Below the pieces are notes generated by a model, which saw only the letters and a program-made list of their open reading frames with translations, did no database searches and was not told the DNA's origin. This document shows positions 48,234 through 58,721 of a stretch of DNA of 64,000 bases, one piece after another. The DNA lies in the IMG/VR virus record IMGVR_UViG_3300033463_000022, positions 22,542-86,541 of that record; one strand, written 5' to 3'. Source of the DNA: a virus (lineage: Duplodnaviria; Heunggongvirae; Uroviricota; Caudoviricetes). The translations under genes and the position numbers were made by a program. Within the stretch, counting starts at the first letter, position 1. Every line of letters starts with the position of its first letter.

Positions 48234-49217
48234 ATGGCTATTGATCTTTTAGCAATAGAACCTCATAAGGTTAGTACTGATCTCTCGGGGTATATTACCT
48301 ACCTCTATGGAGCTGCTAAGGTCGGTAAAACAACTCTTTGTAGTAAATTTCCTGGCACATTGATCCTGGCTTTTGAGCGTGGTTATAACGCCCTGCCTGG
48401 CGTTATGGTTCAAGACATTACTCGTTGGAGCGAATTCCGAGAAGTTATTCGTGAACTCAAGAAGCCAGAGGTTAAAGAGAAGTTTTCAACTATCGTAGTT
48501 GACACTGTTGATGTTGCTGGTTCTCTCTGCGATAAGTATATCTGTAATCAGCTTGGCATTGATACCCTTGGTGAGGGTGGATGGTCGGTGAACGGTTGGG
48601 CAGCATATAAGAAAGAGCTTGAAGACTGCTTCCGCACTATTACTCAGATGGGCTATGCCTTGGTGTGCATTAGCCATGACCAAGATAAGACATTCAAGCG
48701 CAAAGACGGCACCGAATATAACCAAGTTGTTCCTACTGCACAGAAGAGCTTGAACAATATCATTCGTGATATGGCTGACCTTTATCTTTACGCAGCAATA
48801 GACGAGAGCACCAAAGAGCGTAAACTCATTGTTCGTTCTCTTGATAATACTGTTGACTGCGGCAGCCGCTTTAAGTATATGGCTAACGAGATTCCTCTCG
48901 ACTACAACGCTCTTGTAAAGGCGCTGAATGACGCCATTGATGAAGAAGCTAAGGAACACGACAATCAGTTTGTTACTAACGAGAAGATAAAGCCTCTTGA
49001 GGCTACTCCAAAGCAGGACTTCAACTCTATGAAGGATGAATTTGGCGAGCTAGTTGGCAAGGTCATGCAATCCAATCCAGCTAACGCCGCAAGCATCACG
49101 GCCATCGTTGACAAGTATCTCGGTAAAGGCAAGAAGGTTGGAGATTGCAATCCTGCTCAAAGTGAACAGCTCGAGCTGATACTAGTCGAGCTTCGCGACC
49201 TCGCAAACAATAACTAA
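48234..49217 (+). CDS. RecA-family ATPase (Sak4/RadA-like)
   Basis: Walker A GYITYLYGAAKVGKTTL and Walker B IVVDTVD. Confidence 0.65.
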   Translation: MAIDLLAIEPHKVSTDLSGYITYLYGAAKVGKTTLCSKFPGTLILAFERGYNALPGVMVQDITRWSEFREVIRELKKPEVKEKFSTIVVDTVDVAGSLCDKYICNQLGIDTLGEGGWSVNGWAAYKKELEDCFRTITQMGYALVCISHDQDKTFKRKDGTEYNQVVPTAQKSLNNIIRDMADLYLYAAIDESTKERKLIVRSLDNTVDCGSRFKYMANEIPLDYNALVKALNDAIDEEAKEHDNQFVTNEKIKPLEATPKQDFNSMKDEFGELVGKVMQSNPANAASITAIVDKYLGKGKKVGDCNPAQSEQLELILVELRDLANNN

Positions 49218-49299
49218 ATACTCTACAAAGGGAGGGCTTGCCAGCACGAGCCTTCCCTTGACTTTTTTTTTATTATACGTTATAATATAAAAGGAAGGA

Positions 49300-49833
49300 G
49301 TGAACAGCTTGGCAAAACAACCGAAAGTTAAATGTCCCATATGCGGGGAACAATTCTATAGGGAAGATACTCCTTTTATCAAAATAAAGACACGTTATTA
49401 CCATACTTCTTGCTACGAAGCAGTAGAGGCTGCGAAGACAGAGGAAGAAAAAGAGCATGAGCGTTTGATTGAATATATCAAACAATTATTTAATGTAAAT
49501 ATATTAACTGTAAAGATAAATAAACAAATAAAAGACTATATAGAAAAAGGTTACTCTTACAAAGGAATTAGAAAAACTTTACAATATTGGTTTGAAATTA
49601 AGGGTAATTCTATTGAGAAAGCGAATGGTGGCATTGGAATAGTACCGTACACCTATGAGCAGGCGCTTACATATTGGAGAGGAATTTGGGAAGCTCAGCA
49701 GCGCAATCAACAGACAGGTGTAGCCGAGATTACTATCCCAGTTAGAGAAATCCGTATCGCTCCTCCAGAAAGGAAGCCCATGAAAATCACGCGCAAATTA
49801 TTTACCTTTTTAGAAGAGGATGGTGAGGATTAG
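49300..49833 (+). CDS. Zn-finger protein, possible helicase loader (177 aa)
   Basis: CPICG...YHTSCYE; immediately upstream of dnaB-like gene. Confidence 0.4.
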   Translation: MNSLAKQPKVKCPICGEQFYREDTPFIKIKTRYYHTSCYEAVEAAKTEEEKEHERLIEYIKQLFNVNILTVKINKQIKDYIEKGYSYKGIRKTLQYWFEIKGNSIEKANGGIGIVPYTYEQALTYWRGIWEAQQRNQQTGVAEITIPVREIRIAPPERKPMKITRKLFTFLEEDGED

Positions 49834-51374
49834 TGAATAGTTATAATGATCCTGCCGCAATCACTCAGGTTATAGGCTGTGTATTCAACAACCCCAGCTT
49901 ATTGGATGAAACAGATAAATACACTATTTCTGATGATGACTTCCCCGAAGAGTTTCATAGAATTGTCTTTGGATCTATATATAATATTCATGCTACCCAA
50001 AGCGAAGTTACAATAGATGCCATAATTGATTATCTTGCCAATAGGCCAAAGTATGAAGCAGTATTCAATGTAAATAAAGGTATTGAATATCTTGCAGAAG
50101 CAAGTAGGTATGCTAAAGAAAATACCTTTAATTATTACTACGGTCGTATGAAGAAGTTTACTCTACTTCGTATGTATAATAAGTACGGTGTTGACGTTTC
50201 TTGGTTGTACTCTCCCTTGACTCTTGATACTCAACTTCGTCAGCAACAGGAAGATTGGTTAGATGCTACAAGCCTTGTAGATATAGCTAATAAAGTAGAT
50301 AGCAAAATTGAAGAGATAAAGTCAAAATATGTTGACGATGAAATAGATGAAGGTATGCAGGCAGGCGAAGGTATTGATAATTTGCTTGAAGAACTGCAAA
50401 AACATCCCGAAGTTGGTATTCCTCTTTATGGTCCGCTTATAAACACTGTAACAAGAGGAGCAAGATTAAGAAAGTTTTACTTGCGGTCCGCGGCCACTGG
50501 CGTCGGTAAGACAAGGTCTATGGTCGCTGATGCCTGGAACTTTGCTGCTACAGAGATATATAGCGAGCAGTTCGGAATGTGGATTAAAAACGGGCCGTCA
50601 CAGCCTACTCTCTTCATCGTAACAGAGCAGGATATGGGAGAGTTCCAGACCATGTCTCTTGCTTTTCTATCTGGAGTTGATGAAGGTCATATCCTTGATA
50701 ATAGATATGAAGAAGGCGAATGGGATAGAATCCTTAAAGCCAAAGAAATTATCAAGAACAGTTGCTTGTGGGTTGAGCAGTTGCCAGATTTCTCTATTCA
50801 AGACGTCGAAGGAAAGATAAAGAAACATATAAGAGATCATGATGTAAAGTATGTATTCTTTGATTATCTGCACACTTCGATGAAAATTCTTGAAGAAGTT
50901 AGCCGACGTTCCGGTGGGGTTAAGTTGAGAGAAGATAATGTCCTGTTTATGCTTTCAACCCACTTGAAAGACTTGGCTAACCAATATGGAGTTTTTATTA
51001 TGTCAGCAACACAATTGAATGCCGACTATCAAGATAGTGAAACGCCAGACCAAAACCTGCTGCGCGGAGCGAAGAGTATCGCAGATAGAATTGACGTTGG
51101 TATGATTCTATTGAGCGTGACAGATTCTGACTTGAAGAAGATAGAACCTATCATGGAGCTTCATCCAGAGTTCTCTTCTCCAATACTTAAAATTTCTGTT
51201 TATAAAAACAGAAGAGGCGCATATAGAGGATGCTATTTATTCTGTAGAGGTAATCTTGGAACTTGCAGAATAGAACCGATGTTTATGACCGATTGGCGAC
51301 ATCAGCTTATGTCGATTGAAGATATTAAAATATTTGTAGAAGATGACCTTCCTCCATGGGAAGATCAAAAATAA
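49833..51374 (+). CDS. dnaB: DnaB-family replicative helicase
   Basis: Walker A AATGVGKTRSMVADAW plus N-terminal DnaB domain; TAG-free. Confidence 0.8.
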   Translation: MNSYNDPAAITQVIGCVFNNPSLLDETDKYTISDDDFPEEFHRIVFGSIYNIHATQSEVTIDAIIDYLANRPKYEAVFNVNKGIEYLAEASRYAKENTFNYYYGRMKKFTLLRMYNKYGVDVSWLYSPLTLDTQLRQQQEDWLDATSLVDIANKVDSKIEEIKSKYVDDEIDEGMQAGEGIDNLLEELQKHPEVGIPLYGPLINTVTRGARLRKFYLRSAATGVGKTRSMVADAWNFAATEIYSEQFGMWIKNGPSQPTLFIVTEQDMGEFQTMSLAFLSGVDEGHILDNRYEEGEWDRILKAKEIIKNSCLWVEQLPDFSIQDVEGKIKKHIRDHDVKYVFFDYLHTSMKILEEVSRRSGGVKLREDNVLFMLSTHLKDLANQYGVFIMSATQLNADYQDSETPDQNLLRGAKSIADRIDVGMILLSVTDSDLKKIEPIMELHPEFSSPILKISVYKNRRGAYRGCYLFCRGNLGTCRIEPMFMTDWRHQLMSIEDIKIFVEDDLPPWEDQK

Positions 51375-51607
51375 AAAGGAGATTTTTTATTATGAAGCAC
51401 GCAGGAATTGAATATCAGATGACTAAGAAAATGTTTGATAGTCTTCTAAAAACGCGTTCAGAATCTGAAAAGAGTATGAACCCCTACGCCTTTGTTATGA
51501 AGGTTATTAATGAACAATTCGGTATCAAGGGGCAAGTAACCCACGTAACATTTTACGAATAATACCGCTAAGTAGCGGTCATTATTGTATTAAGAAAGGT
51601 AGATATA

Positions 51608-52708
51608 ATGAGTCGCTACTTTGATAAAGATAAGCTAAAAGAAGCTCTTGAGCTTGGGCAGATCTACGATCTGCTTGAGCTCTGGGGCGGTGAGCCAGAA
51701 GAATTCGAAGGCGGACTAGTTTCTAGAACCATTTGCCACAACGTTCCAGGCGAGGGATCACGAAAACTGTATTATTATGAAAATACTCGCCTATTTCATT
51801 GCTTTACTGGTTGTATTGAACCTTCATTTGATATTTTTGAATTAGCTGCAAAAGTTGCAAAGATACAAAAAGGGGCAACTTGGGAACTTTATGACGCGAT
51901 GTGCTTTATCGCTGACTACTTTGGCTTCGAAGGAGAAGAGCAAGAGGAAAAGAAGATAGAGCTTGCGGATTGGAAGGTTTTTAGTCGCCATAGGTATGGT
52001 GAAGTAAAGCTACCAAGTAAGGTAACTCTTCCAGAGTATAATCCAGTGATTCTTACTCGTTTTTCTTATCCTAGAATATCAAGCTGGGAAAAAGAAGGTA
52101 TAGCGCCAGAAGTTGTGAAACGAAACGTAATAGGCTATTATGCAGGAGGCGAGCAGATCACTATTCCTCATTTTGACGAAGATGGTAGGCTTATAGGAAT
52201 TAGAGGGAGATTTTTGTCAGAGGAAAGCGCTGATAGATACGGAAAATATCGTCCTCTATATGTCAATAAAACACTCTATAATCATCCACTAAGCATGAAT
52301 TTATACAATCTCAACCACTCGCGTCCGCAGATAGCCAAGAGCGGAATAGCTTTAGTTTTTGAAAGTGAAAAGGCATGTCTACAATATCAGAGTTATTATG
52401 GCGGAGATAATGATATCTCCGTAGCTGTGTGCGGAAGCTCGGTTAGTAGCTACCAAATGCATCTTTTAAAGGAAAGTGGAGCGAGAGAAATAGTGTATTG
52501 CTTTGACCGTGACTTTGAAGAGATAGGCGATGACAAATTCAATAGATTAAAAACAAAGATAACTCACTTATATAATAAGTATAGCAATTCTTTAAAGATT
52601 TCTATTGTATTTGATAAGAATATGATTACTGGACTTCATTCTTCTCCTATTGATGAAGGCAAAGAAAAATTTGAGCAACTATTAAATGAAAGGATTATGT
52701 CACTATGA
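51608..52708 (+). CDS. dnaG: DnaG-type DNA primase
   Basis: Zn-ribbon CHNVPGEGS...FHCFTGC and Toprim LVFESEKACLQYQ...VYCFDRD. Confidence 0.75.
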   Translation: MSRYFDKDKLKEALELGQIYDLLELWGGEPEEFEGGLVSRTICHNVPGEGSRKLYYYENTRLFHCFTGCIEPSFDIFELAAKVAKIQKGATWELYDAMCFIADYFGFEGEEQEEKKIELADWKVFSRHRYGEVKLPSKVTLPEYNPVILTRFSYPRISSWEKEGIAPEVVKRNVIGYYAGGEQITIPHFDEDGRLIGIRGRFLSEESADRYGKYRPLYVNKTLYNHPLSMNLYNLNHSRPQIAKSGIALVFESEKACLQYQSYYGGDNDISVAVCGSSVSSYQMHLLKESGAREIVYCFDRDFEEIGDDKFNRLKTKITHLYNKYSNSLKISIVFDKNMITGLHSSPIDEGKEKFEQLLNERIMSL

Positions 52709-52971
52709 ATCTTGTACCTGCAATTAAAGAGCTTGAATCAGAAATTAGAAAAATGCGTTATGAGTTCGAGCGGAAGGTTAAACCCTATGAAGAGTCTATT
52801 GCTCAACTTAGAAAGTTAAATGATGCTTGTGAATACTGTAATGGTGCGGGTAAAGTATTGCGTTCTAGAGCCTGCGCCGAAGATGATCCCCCAGATGCCA
52901 ATGACCCTAGAGACTGGCTTGTATGTGATCATTGCCGTGGTACGGGAAAATGCAAGAAAAAGGAGAGCTGA
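52705..52971 (+). CDS. hypothetical CxxC protein (88 aa)
   Basis: Overlapping start; CEYCNG...CDHCRGTGKC. Confidence 0.4.
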   Translation: MNLVPAIKELESEIRKMRYEFERKVKPYEESIAQLRKLNDACEYCNGAGKVLRSRACAEDDPPDANDPRDWLVCDHCRGTGKCKKKES

Positions 52972-53010
52972 TATAATGTAGTTTAATAATAAGTAAAGGA
53001 TTTGATTTAA

Positions 53011-54282
53011 TTGGACTATACACTTATAAACCCCATAAACCCCAAAATATCCCCTATTGAATAGGTGCTTGTTAATCGAGGGTTTAAACTAGAAGATATC
53101 CCTCATTATCTTCATGTAACGAAAGAGGACAATTTATCTCCGCGACTTTTGAATAATATTGATAGAGCTGTCTCTCTTTTAGGTAAACATATAATGGATG
53201 ATAATTCTCATATCCATATATAGGTAGATAGTGACTGCGATGGTTATACCAGTGCAGCTTGTTTGCTAGATTATATTTACCTAGCTTTTCCAACCGCTAT
53301 ATCAAAGTTCTCCTATTCCTTCCATGATGATAAAACTCACGGCATTGATACAAAAAACATACCAAGTGACACCACATTAGTAATAGCACCTGATGCTTCT
53401 AGTAATGAATATGATACTCATAAAGCTCTTTCAGAAAAAGGCATTGATGTATTGGTAATAGACCACCACCAAGCCGATAGGATCTCTGAGTACGCCTGTG
53501 TTGTGAATAATCAGCTATGTGACTACCCCAATAAGGCATTAAGTGGCGTAGGTGTGGTATATAAAGTTTGTCAGCGCTTCGACGAACTTATGAATACTGA
53601 CTATGCAAACCAACTAGTAGATTTAGTCATGCTGGGGCTCACGGGAGATATGATGGACTTGCGATCTCTTGAGACTAAATATCTCGTAAATCAAGGTATC
53701 GCGCATCTTAGAAACCCGTTTATTAAGGGCATGGCGGAGAAGAATGAACATTCGCTCGGTTCGCAAATTACACCCATTGGTGTTGCTTTCTATATTGTAC
53801 CATATGTTAATGCTGTAACAAGAGTAGGGACACAAGAAGAGAAGTAGCTGCTTTTTAAAAGTATGCTAAACTGGGAAGCTTTTAATATTGTACCCTCTAC
53901 TAAGAAAGGCTGTAAAGGGCAGACAGAAACTATCGTAACACAAGCTGTTCGTACTTGCCAAAATATCAAGAACCGTCAAACAAAAGTACAGGAAGCCGCG
54001 GTAGAAGATCTTGAAGAGCTGATTGCGGCCGCCGGGTTACTGGAGCATAAAGTCTTAATCTTCCAGCTCGATGACTCATTCTCTATTACGCCAGAACTTC
54101 GAGGTCTGATAGCGAATAAGTTCATGGCTAAATATTGTAGACCAGTACTTATGTTGTCACTCACAGAATACGAAGGTAAGCCCGCTTTAATGGGGTCTGC
54201 ACGAGGTTATGAGAAATCAAAACTCTTGGATTTCCGCAAATTCTGTAGGGAATCTGGTCTGGTGTTCTTGGCTGAGGGTTAG
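53011..54282 (+). CDS. RecJ-like DHH/DHHA1 single-strand exonuclease (423 codons, TTG start, 3 TAG)
   Basis: DHH motifs HIHI-Q-VDSDCDGYTSAA and VLVIDHHQ; frame joins three listed ORF fragments across TAGs at 53062, 53221 and 53848; RBS AAAGGA. Confidence 0.65.
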
Positions 54283-54477
54283 CTTTAGTGTGGCCCTAAA
54301 ACTTTTTTCCGTCTTATCAACGGGGTCGCTAATTAAATGGCCAATTCTGGACATTCTTGATTAGTTGGCTAACGAGAAAACCTAAATATAATAGAGGATA
54401 TTATACATGGTAATCTCGTGGGAAGAATTATTCTTTATATGACGTCCTCTTAATTTAGAATTAAGGAGACATAAAGT

Positions 54478-55326
54478 ATGTTAAAAAGCATCTATAAAAT
54501 TACCAATACCCTAAATAACAAATGCTACATCGGTCAAACAGATGACGTAAAACGTAGATTTACTGAGCATAAAGCTCTAGGGTATGGTCGAGAAAATTCC
54601 ATTTTATATCGCGCTATCAAAAAATACGGTCTTGAGAATTTTACATTTGAAGTAATTGAAGAGAATATTGAAAATTATAACGAAAGAGAAAAATATTGGA
54701 TTGCATATTATGATTCATATTAGAGTGGCTACAATATGACACCAGGTGGAGAAGAGCCTCCAGTGAAATATGGAGAAAATCATCCTCTTGCAACGCACTC
54801 AAAAGCCGAATCCGAGGAAGTAAAAAATCTGTTACTGGCAACTCAAATGACCGTAAAAGAAATCGCTCAAAAGATGGCATATAACGTTTCTTCTATCATA
54901 AGAATTAATAATGGAGCACTTTGGCATGATGATACACTCGATTATCCGCTTAGAAAAGAATTAAGTAAAAAATTCAACGAAGACCGTGCATTAAGAATAA
55001 TTGATGACTTGCTAAATACAAGTATGACCCAGAGAGAAATTGCCGTTAAATACGGAGTAGGACGCTCTACAGTAACAGCCATAAACAATGGTTAGAATAA
55101 TAGGCAAGATGATTTAGAGTATCCAATTCGAGATAAAGATAGAGATAAATAGTCAAAACATATTTTTATGATAGATAAAGACACTGACGAAATTCTTAAA
55201 GATTTTGTTAATGCCAAAGAAGCGGCTCGCTATCTTGGCGATGCCGGTATGGCAACTGCATTACAAACATGCGCAAGGGGGAATTCAAGAACTTCCCATG
55301 GATATAAATGGAGATATAAAGAATGA
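54478..55326 (+). CDS. GIY-YIG homing endonuclease (282 codons, 3 TAG)
   Basis: MLKSIYKITNTLNNKCYIGQTDD...KYWIAYYDSY-Q-SGYNMTPGG; C-terminal NUMOD-like repeats. Confidence 0.75.
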
Positions 55327-55613
55327 TTAACCTGTATCGACTATCTCGGGTGAGACCGAGAGTACTGGCACTATTGATACGTGCTGGGAAAAGGAGTTCC
55401 CTTCGGGGTAAGAAATAGTCAGCGCTGCTGGAAACAGTAGAATAATCGCACCCTAATGCTTTCGGTTTTGGAATCTACCTGGAAAACATAGAGAAGTTCA
55501 TCGCTTACTCTGATGAAAAACTCAAAGATATAGAGTTCTCTCCTAGCTACAGAGTAGACTTTATTTTTCAAGGTTCTCAAGTTGACCCGCAGACCGTTCT
55601 TGAAGTTGGCACT

Positions 55614-55925
55614 ATGAAAACTCTATGGGGACAGAATATCGACGAGGCATATGTCGCAGTTGAAAGGCTAAATGTTACTAAAGAAATGGTAACTCTTATG
55701 TCCCGTGATAAAAGCCCAACACTTAAAATTTCTCTACCTAATGGAGTAGCTTGTATCAAATTCAAGTCAAGCGAAGAAGAGTATGAATCTTTGCTGACTG
55801 AAACAGGTTGCGTAACACTTACAATTATTGGTAAGTGTGAAGTAAATAGATACTTTAACTCTGTCACACCACAGATTATTATTGAAGACTACGAAATTGT
55901 TGATCGAATGGATTATTACTTCTGA
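55614..55925 (+). CDS. OB-fold-like protein, possibly the RecJ C-terminal domain separated by the homing-endonuclease insertion
   Basis: Open frame extends upstream to 55446; beta-rich GCVTLTIIGKCEVNRYFNSVTPQIIIEDYEIV pattern. Confidence 0.35.
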   Translation: MKTLWGQNIDEAYVAVERLNVTKEMVTLMSRDKSPTLKISLPNGVACIKFKSSEEEYESLLTETGCVTLTIIGKCEVNRYFNSVTPQIIIEDYEIVDRMDYYF

Positions 55926-55956
55926 ACGCAACCTCCCATAAAAAGGAGGAAACAAA

Positions 55957-56712
55957 ATGAATAAACGTATTATTTCTATGTTATTGTGTTTGATTTTAAT
56001 TGTTAGCGGTTGCGGATATCATCCGCAGCTAGCAAGCGCCTACCATGTAGAATATGAACAACATCTATATGGTTATAGAGATATGCCAGCTATAAAGAAG
56101 ATGATTGCTGAGCTTGAAACTCGTATGGAGCTTGCGCACAATATGGCCGAAACTGCTCGTGCTTTGGGGTATGAGGATAGCCACCTGGTTATTCTAACCG
56201 CCAAACAAGAGTACGATGAAGCAGAAAAGCTCAAAGTACAATATGAAAATATTTACAATGACTTAGAAGAACATTGGCATAGCAAAGAAGCTGAATACCC
56301 AGAGGCGGCATATGTTTGGAAAACCTTGATGGATGAAGGATACAACGATGAAGTTATTGCGGGTATAATTGGCAATATGATGGTTGAGTGCGGCGGCCAC
56401 ACCCTGGCGCTCCAACCCACGGTTGCTACAGATTCTTATTATGGTATATGCCAATGGAGTCGCGGATATCCTGATGTTTGGGAAACATCATTAGAGGAAC
56501 AAGTCCAATTCTTGTTATCAACAATCAAATATGAATTAAATACATATGGTTATATGTATAAGAAAGGTGCTAACTATGAGACTTTCTTACTTATGACTGA
56601 TGTACGGCAAGCAGCATTAATGTTTGCTAAATCATATGAACGATGTGGAACTTCAACGCATAAGCTACGCCAAAAGTTAGCTGTTGAAGCATATAATTAC
56701 TTTGTTACTTGA
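55957..56712 (+). CDS. lipoprotein with phage tail-lysozyme-like peptidoglycan hydrolase domain
   Basis: Lipobox LIVSGC; GNMMVECGGH...YYGICQWSRGYP resembles the E-x-G-G...G-[LI]-x-Q-W tail-lysozyme motif. Confidence 0.5.
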   Translation: MNKRIISMLLCLILIVSGCGYHPQLASAYHVEYEQHLYGYRDMPAIKKMIAELETRMELAHNMAETARALGYEDSHLVILTAKQEYDEAEKLKVQYENIYNDLEEHWHSKEAEYPEAAYVWKTLMDEGYNDEVIAGIIGNMMVECGGHTLALQPTVATDSYYGICQWSRGYPDVWETSLEEQVQFLLSTIKYELNTYGYMYKKGANYETFLLMTDVRQAALMFAKSYERCGTSTHKLRQKLAVEAYNYFVT

Positions 56713-56717
56713 GAATA

Positions 56718-56752
56718 GGGTCGGTGCAATTCCGACCCAATTTTCTCTTTTA
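56718..56752 (+). terminator. intrinsic terminator (GGGTCGG-TGCAATT-CCGACCC plus T-run)
   Basis: 7-bp GC hairpin followed by AATTTTCTCTTTT. Confidence 0.65.
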
Positions 56753-57096
56753 TGGAGGAAAACATCATGGATGGAATAATATGGTACTGGAAAAACTATA
56801 ATCAAGCTAAAGATATTCTAAAGAGCATGCTTGATAAATATGAGAAGCAGGGAATTGGCCTGTCTACAAAATATACTCACCCTATTCAAGAAATGCAAAG
56901 AAAAATGTGTGTAGTACTAGATAATGGAGACAGATGGCAAGTTATTCAAGTAAATCCACAAGCTCGCGGAATAAAATGTAATATTTCTTACATATCTTAT
57001 TCAATTTCAGAAGAGCTAGTAAATAATATTATAAAACCTTGCACAATAGATTATTATTATCCATATAGAGGTTTTAATTACTGGGTGGAAGAGTAA
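56752..57096 (+). CDS. hypothetical protein (114 aa)
   Basis: ORF with GGAGG RBS. Confidence 0.4.
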   Translation: MEENIMDGIIWYWKNYNQAKDILKSMLDKYEKQGIGLSTKYTHPIQEMQRKMCVVLDNGDRWQVIQVNPQARGIKCNISYISYSISEELVNNIIKPCTIDYYYPYRGFNYWVEE

Positions 57097-57200
57097 AGTC
57101 CGATCGCCACTCCGAGCGCGAGTGTAAACACCGTTCGCCAGATTAAAAAGTGGTTTAACTAATTTTTAGAGCAAATGAACAAGAGGTGAAGAAATTATAA

Positions 57201-58385
57201 ATGGAGTTGACTAAACGACAAGAACAAGGGCTCGCTACGGCGCTATATAAGTACCGTCATGGCGACCCATTCACGGTTATAAGTGGCTACGCAGGTACAG
57301 GTAAGTCTACACTTATCATGTTTATAATCGCGGCGCTCGACCTTAGCCAGCAAAACGTGGCATATGTCGCTTATACCGGCAAAGCCGCTCAAGTGTTAAG
57401 ATCTAAAGGGTGCCCTAACGCGGTTACAGCCCATCGTTTACTATATAAATCAGTCCGACAAAGCGATGGAACTTTTAAACATTATCCGAAGATGGAGCTT
57501 GATGGAAACTATAAGTTGATAGTAGTAGATGAAGTATCTATGCTTCCAAAAAAAATGTGGGACTTGTTACTATCCCATCATATACACGTAATAGCTTGCG
57601 GCGACCCCGCGCAGCTACCCCCCATCGATAAGGATGCAGATAACCACGTTCTAGACCATCCAGACGTCTTCCTTGACGAGATTATGCGCCAGGCCGCAGA
57701 TAATGACATTATTAGACTATCTATGGATGTGAGAGAGGGTCGCGCTATCTCTACATTCAAGGGGAAAGACGCCAATATTGTTCGTTCCGCAGATTTCAAT
57801 GATGGAATGATGGAATGGGCAGACCAAATTATCTGTGGTAAAAACAATACAAGAAACGAGTTAAATCGCCACTATAGAGAGTTGCTGTGGGGCGAGGATG
57901 TAACTTCTATTCCTCTTGTTGGAGACAAATTGATATGTTTGAAGAATGATTGGGATCAAGTTACCGAGGTGGGAGATGCCTTAGTAAATGGAACAACAGG
58001 TCGATTAAAGAAGATAGATATCATAGGTAGCGATGATTTTTTGGGAAAGAAATGTTTTATCGACTTTGACCCAGAAGTAGACGATACTGACCAGCTTGAT
58101 ACAGTATTCCATAATCTCTTGATTGATTGGAAGTTAATAACTACTAATATACCCACTATTACTAAAGAGAACTGGAGAACACTTCCTTGGTTTGTAAAGA
58201 AACTTCCGCTCGAACAGTTTGACTATGGGTATGCCATTACTGCTTGGAAAGCGCAAGGCTCCGAATTTGGAAAAGTAACATTCCTCGCTGAAAACGTTGG
58301 GCATATGGACAGAGATACATACAAGAGGTATTTATACACCGGAATCACACGTGCGAGTGAAAAGCTCACGCTAGTATTGCCATAA
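57201..58385 (+). CDS. Dda/RecD-like SF1 DNA helicase
   Basis: GYAGTGKSTLI, VVDEVSM and GDPAQLPP motifs. Confidence 0.8.
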   Translation: MELTKRQEQGLATALYKYRHGDPFTVISGYAGTGKSTLIMFIIAALDLSQQNVAYVAYTGKAAQVLRSKGCPNAVTAHRLLYKSVRQSDGTFKHYPKMELDGNYKLIVVDEVSMLPKKMWDLLLSHHIHVIACGDPAQLPPIDKDADNHVLDHPDVFLDEIMRQAADNDIIRLSMDVREGRAISTFKGKDANIVRSADFNDGMMEWADQIICGKNNTRNELNRHYRELLWGEDVTSIPLVGDKLICLKNDWDQVTEVGDALVNGTTGRLKKIDIIGSDDFLGKKCFIDFDPEVDDTDQLDTVFHNLLIDWKLITTNIPTITKENWRTLPWFVKKLPLEQFDYGYAITAWKAQGSEFGKVTFLAENVGHMDRDTYKRYLYTGITRASEKLTLVLP

Positions 58386-58618
58386 GGAGAAAATAATATG
58401 ACTAATAAAGAAGAAGGCTGGATTTTTGTAGCCTATGAAATGTATTATAAAGGACTAACAAAAGAAGAGCTAGATAGTATGACTCCTTTTGAAATGGTTG
58501 TGGAGATGGATGACTTTGATAAATGGATTGCTAAAGGAATGCCAGAGCTGTAAGTGCGGGCGCCGGTCGGCGCTGCCCTGAAGATCCGTAAGGCGGCGGC
58601 CGCACTTAGCATCACAGG

Positions 58619-58660
58619 TCGACAAAATATAAAATCTATTGTATAATATAAATATAAACT
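58619..58660 (+). promoter_or_regulatory. sigma70-type promoter TCGACA-N17-TATAAT plus ATAAATATAAAC
   Basis: Upstream of dnaE-like gene. Confidence 0.55.
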
Positions 58661-58721
58661 AAAAGAGTGTTTCCTCGGTATCCGCTGTATTACCTTGTGA
58701 AATCACGGAAAGGATCGCAAT

